A stretch of 64,000 nucleotides of DNA from a virus. Lineage: Duplodnaviria; Caudoviricetes. The notes below the pieces were generated by a model. That model had not been told where the DNA came from. It was given only the letters and a program-made list of their open reading frames with translations, and did no database searches. The DNA lies in the IMG/VR virus record IMGVR_UViG_3300021400_000136, positions 1 to 64,000 of that record. The stretch is one strand, 5' to 3'. The position numbers were made by a program, and so were the translations under genes. How positions within the stretch are numbered: position 1 is the first letter of the stretch; every line of letters begins with the position of its first letter. This document shows positions 62,346 to 64,000 of the stretch, piece by piece.

Positions 62346-63136
62346 TGCTTCCTGTTCTGTACCTCAGTAATGATCTGGGTCATTGCATCGCACAGAGCCT
62401 TACCCAGTGCATTCGTTACTGCCGTCTTGATCAGCTCGTTGAACTCTTCCATCGTGAAGGGGATCTGTTCAACTGACACATTGTTAACAGGATAATCGCG
62501 CCTCTCAACCGGGAGCAGGTCATTACGAACTGAGGTAACGTAGCTGCGACCTGGGGTTGAGGTAACCCGGGGAAGAGCCGCATCCGGAAGAGACATAAGA
62601 TAATTGTAAACTCGTACCCGCTTGGCCTTACCTACACAGAATTTCTTATCCTTGCCCCGTTCAAATCCTGCGAGGTTATAGTAGTTAACCCCAGTCGCTT
62701 TGGATACATCTACTATCGTCAGCCCCTTTCTCTCCCGCAGCTGCCGGAGATAAGGACCGGAGATCTCTACTGCATCAGACACTGACTGCTTCACTTCATA
62801 CTTACCAGTCCGTCTGATAGCGGGGATGATCTCGTCTGCTACCTTCGCCTGGAACGCTTCTGCTGTAGCGTTCTTTGCCTTCATTGCCAAACGATAGAAG
62901 ATGTTCTCGGGGATGAACGTGTCTTTCGCAACTTCCTGCGAAAAGCCCATGTCCTTTAGATACTGCTTCACGGTATTCCAACGGACATACTCAACACCTT
63001 TGCTCTGATCTACAAACCCAAGACCACGAGCTGCTGTCTCGAGATTGAGATAAGCTACCCCATTTCTTTCATAGCAATCAACACCTTGGATCGTAGTGAT
63101 AGCGATGTCGTTGCTTGCTGCCGTTTCTTTTTTCAT
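62339..63136 (-). CDS. Antirepressor (Bro-N-like) with internal XRE HTH
   Basis: IPENIFYRLAMKAKN..AEAFQ..VADEIIPAIRRTGKY; LRQLRERKGLTI.DVS.ATG. Confidence 0.82.
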   Translation of the reverse strand: MKKETAASNDIAITTIQGVDCYERNGVAYLNLETAARGLGFVDQSKGVEYVRWNTVKQYLKDMGFSQEVAKDTFIPENIFYRLAMKAKNATAEAFQAKVADEIIPAIRRTGKYEVKQSVSDAVEISGPYLRQLRERKGLTIVDVSKATGVNYYNLAGFERGKDKKFCVGKAKRVRVYNYLMSLPDAALPRVTSTPGRSYVTSVRNDLLPVERRDYPVNNVSVEQIPFTMEEFNELIKTAVTNALGKALCDAMTQIITEVQNRKHQ

Positions 63137-63299
63137 ACTACGTTTCCTTTCTAATTGATGTTCAATACTGAACTCGGCGGTTCATATTGTGACAATACAT
63201 TACCACCGCTTTGTTCGGCATGCAACAACAATTCAGTTACAATTTGAACTTTATAGTTACAGCGTGAACATTATTGTCTGGCATAGAACAGGAGCTGCT

Positions 63300-63653
63300 A
63301 TGAACGCTGAAGATTTTGCAATAAGAATTAAGGAACTCCGCGCAAATAAACACGTCACCCAATCTGATGTCGCTGAGGCTACAGGAATACCTAGGAGCAC
63401 AATTGCGCATTACGAACTAGGAAAAAGGCTCCCAGACTACGAGTCAATCGTAGCCCTCTGTTCTTACTATTCAGTGAGCGCGGATTATCTTATCGATCCT
63501 TTCCCCAGAAGTGGGGAAAACTCTTTTGCAACTTCCTGCAAAAAAGAATCTTCTCCTGCCACCACCCGGCTGATGAACACAGTACGAGGCATGGAGGAGA
63601 AGGACATAGACACCCTGGCTGACATCGCAGAGGTACTGAAGAGACACAGATAA
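63300..63653 (+). CDS. Second XRE-family repressor
   Basis: AGGAG RBS before ATG63300; IKELRANKHVTQSDVAEATGIPRSTIAHYELGKRLPD..YYSVSADYLI. Confidence 0.85.
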   Translation: MNAEDFAIRIKELRANKHVTQSDVAEATGIPRSTIAHYELGKRLPDYESIVALCSYYSVSADYLIDPFPRSGENSFATSCKKESSPATTRLMNTVRGMEEKDIDTLADIAEVLKRHR

Positions 63654-63656
63654 ATA

Positions 63657-63685
63657 TTGACTAACTGCTTTCGCTGTGGTATATT
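63657..63685 (+). promoter_or_regulatory. Antitoxin promoter TTGACT-N17-TATATT (extended TG)
   Basis: Consensus boxes directly after the repressor stop; no ORF downstream on +. Confidence 0.75.
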
Positions 63686-63691
63686 TACCGC

Positions 63692-63766
63692 AGATAGCTT
63701 CTATGTGAACAGTATGGAGCATATGCAAAAAGAAAAGCAGCAGTGTCGAGACCACTACTGCTTTCC
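63692..63766 (+). ncRNA. Type I antitoxin RNA (Fst/par-like)
   Basis: Carries TGTGAACAGTAT-nnn-GCATATGC (63704-63726), repeated at the toxin start (63886-63908). Ends in the shared hairpin 63734-63764. Confidence 0.7.
63726..63764 (-). terminator. Terminator shared by toxin mRNA and antitoxin
   Basis: AAAGCAGUAGUG / CACUGCUGCUUU stem followed by UCUUUUU on -. Confidence 0.7.
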
Positions 63767-63805
63767 GCTATTTAAAGCATAGCTGCTGTGTGTTGCGTAC
63801 TGTGG

Positions 63806-63904
63806 TTACATCTTGTCCAACACATGGCTGAGAATGTAGAGGAGGATTCCTGCTACGACATCTACAGCAACAAGATACATGAAATTGTGAACAGTATTTT
63901 GCAT
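63806..63904 (-). CDS. Type I toxin, 32-aa membrane peptide (Fst-like; missed by ORF track)
   Basis: AAGGAGGTGA RBS (63911-63920) sequestered by ACCTCC; MQNTVHNFMYLVAVDVVAGILLYILSHVLDKM; TGG-TATACT -10 at 63956-63964. Confidence 0.78.
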   Translation of the reverse strand: MQNTVHNFMYLVAVDVVAGILLYILSHVLDKM

Positions 63905-64000
63905 ATGCTCTCACCTCCTTCTCTGGGGAGGTATGGGTTACCCACAGCATGGATCAGTATACCACACCCCCGGCCAGACAATAAACTTTTCCGCGCCTCT

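Noticed and set aside
63768-63950. 60-aa ORF from the track
   Set aside because: No RBS. The 32-aa ORF in another frame (63806..63904) has a perfect SD and type I toxin features.

Overview
Almost the whole 64 kb is one temperate, short-tailed (podovirus-like) dsDNA phage. Its SD sites, sigma-A-type promoters, endolysin and attP point to a Firmicutes (probably Clostridia) host; this is inferred. It is assembled in the excised state, with an intact attP carrying the 3' half of a tRNA-Gln(CUG) beside a tyrosine integrase. + strand, 1-33.3 kb: major capsid gene split by a group I intron (47-1014) with a GIY-YIG endonuclease, adaptor, nozzle, two fibres, lysis cassette, an internal-virion protein and a 6128-aa polyvalent protein. 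- strand, 33.4-61.8 kb: about 30 small accessory genes (ThyX-like, Acb2/Tad1-like), attP/int, primase-helicase, SNF2 helicase, family A polymerase with a mini-intein, a tRNA cluster with odd members, SSB and a Cas4-like nuclease. 61.8-64 kb: repressor/antirepressor switch and an Fst/par-type type I toxin-antitoxin. Terminase and portal are not in the window. The most notable signal lies inside the giant gene. Its enzyme-like domains are separated by a recurring (R/S)(F/Y)S(L/I/A) motif. Each of two LPD3/BECR-like nuclease domains ends in an antisense TTGACA-N17-TGn(-10) promoter firing a 60-80 nt RNA that folds fully only on the antisense strand. Two linkers hide small +1-frame genes with their own GGAGG RBS next to the peptidase and ADP-ribosyltransferase domains. 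I interpret this as a candidate polyprotein toxin arsenal with per-domain antidotes written into its own coding sequence. Family names come from motif recognition, not database searches.
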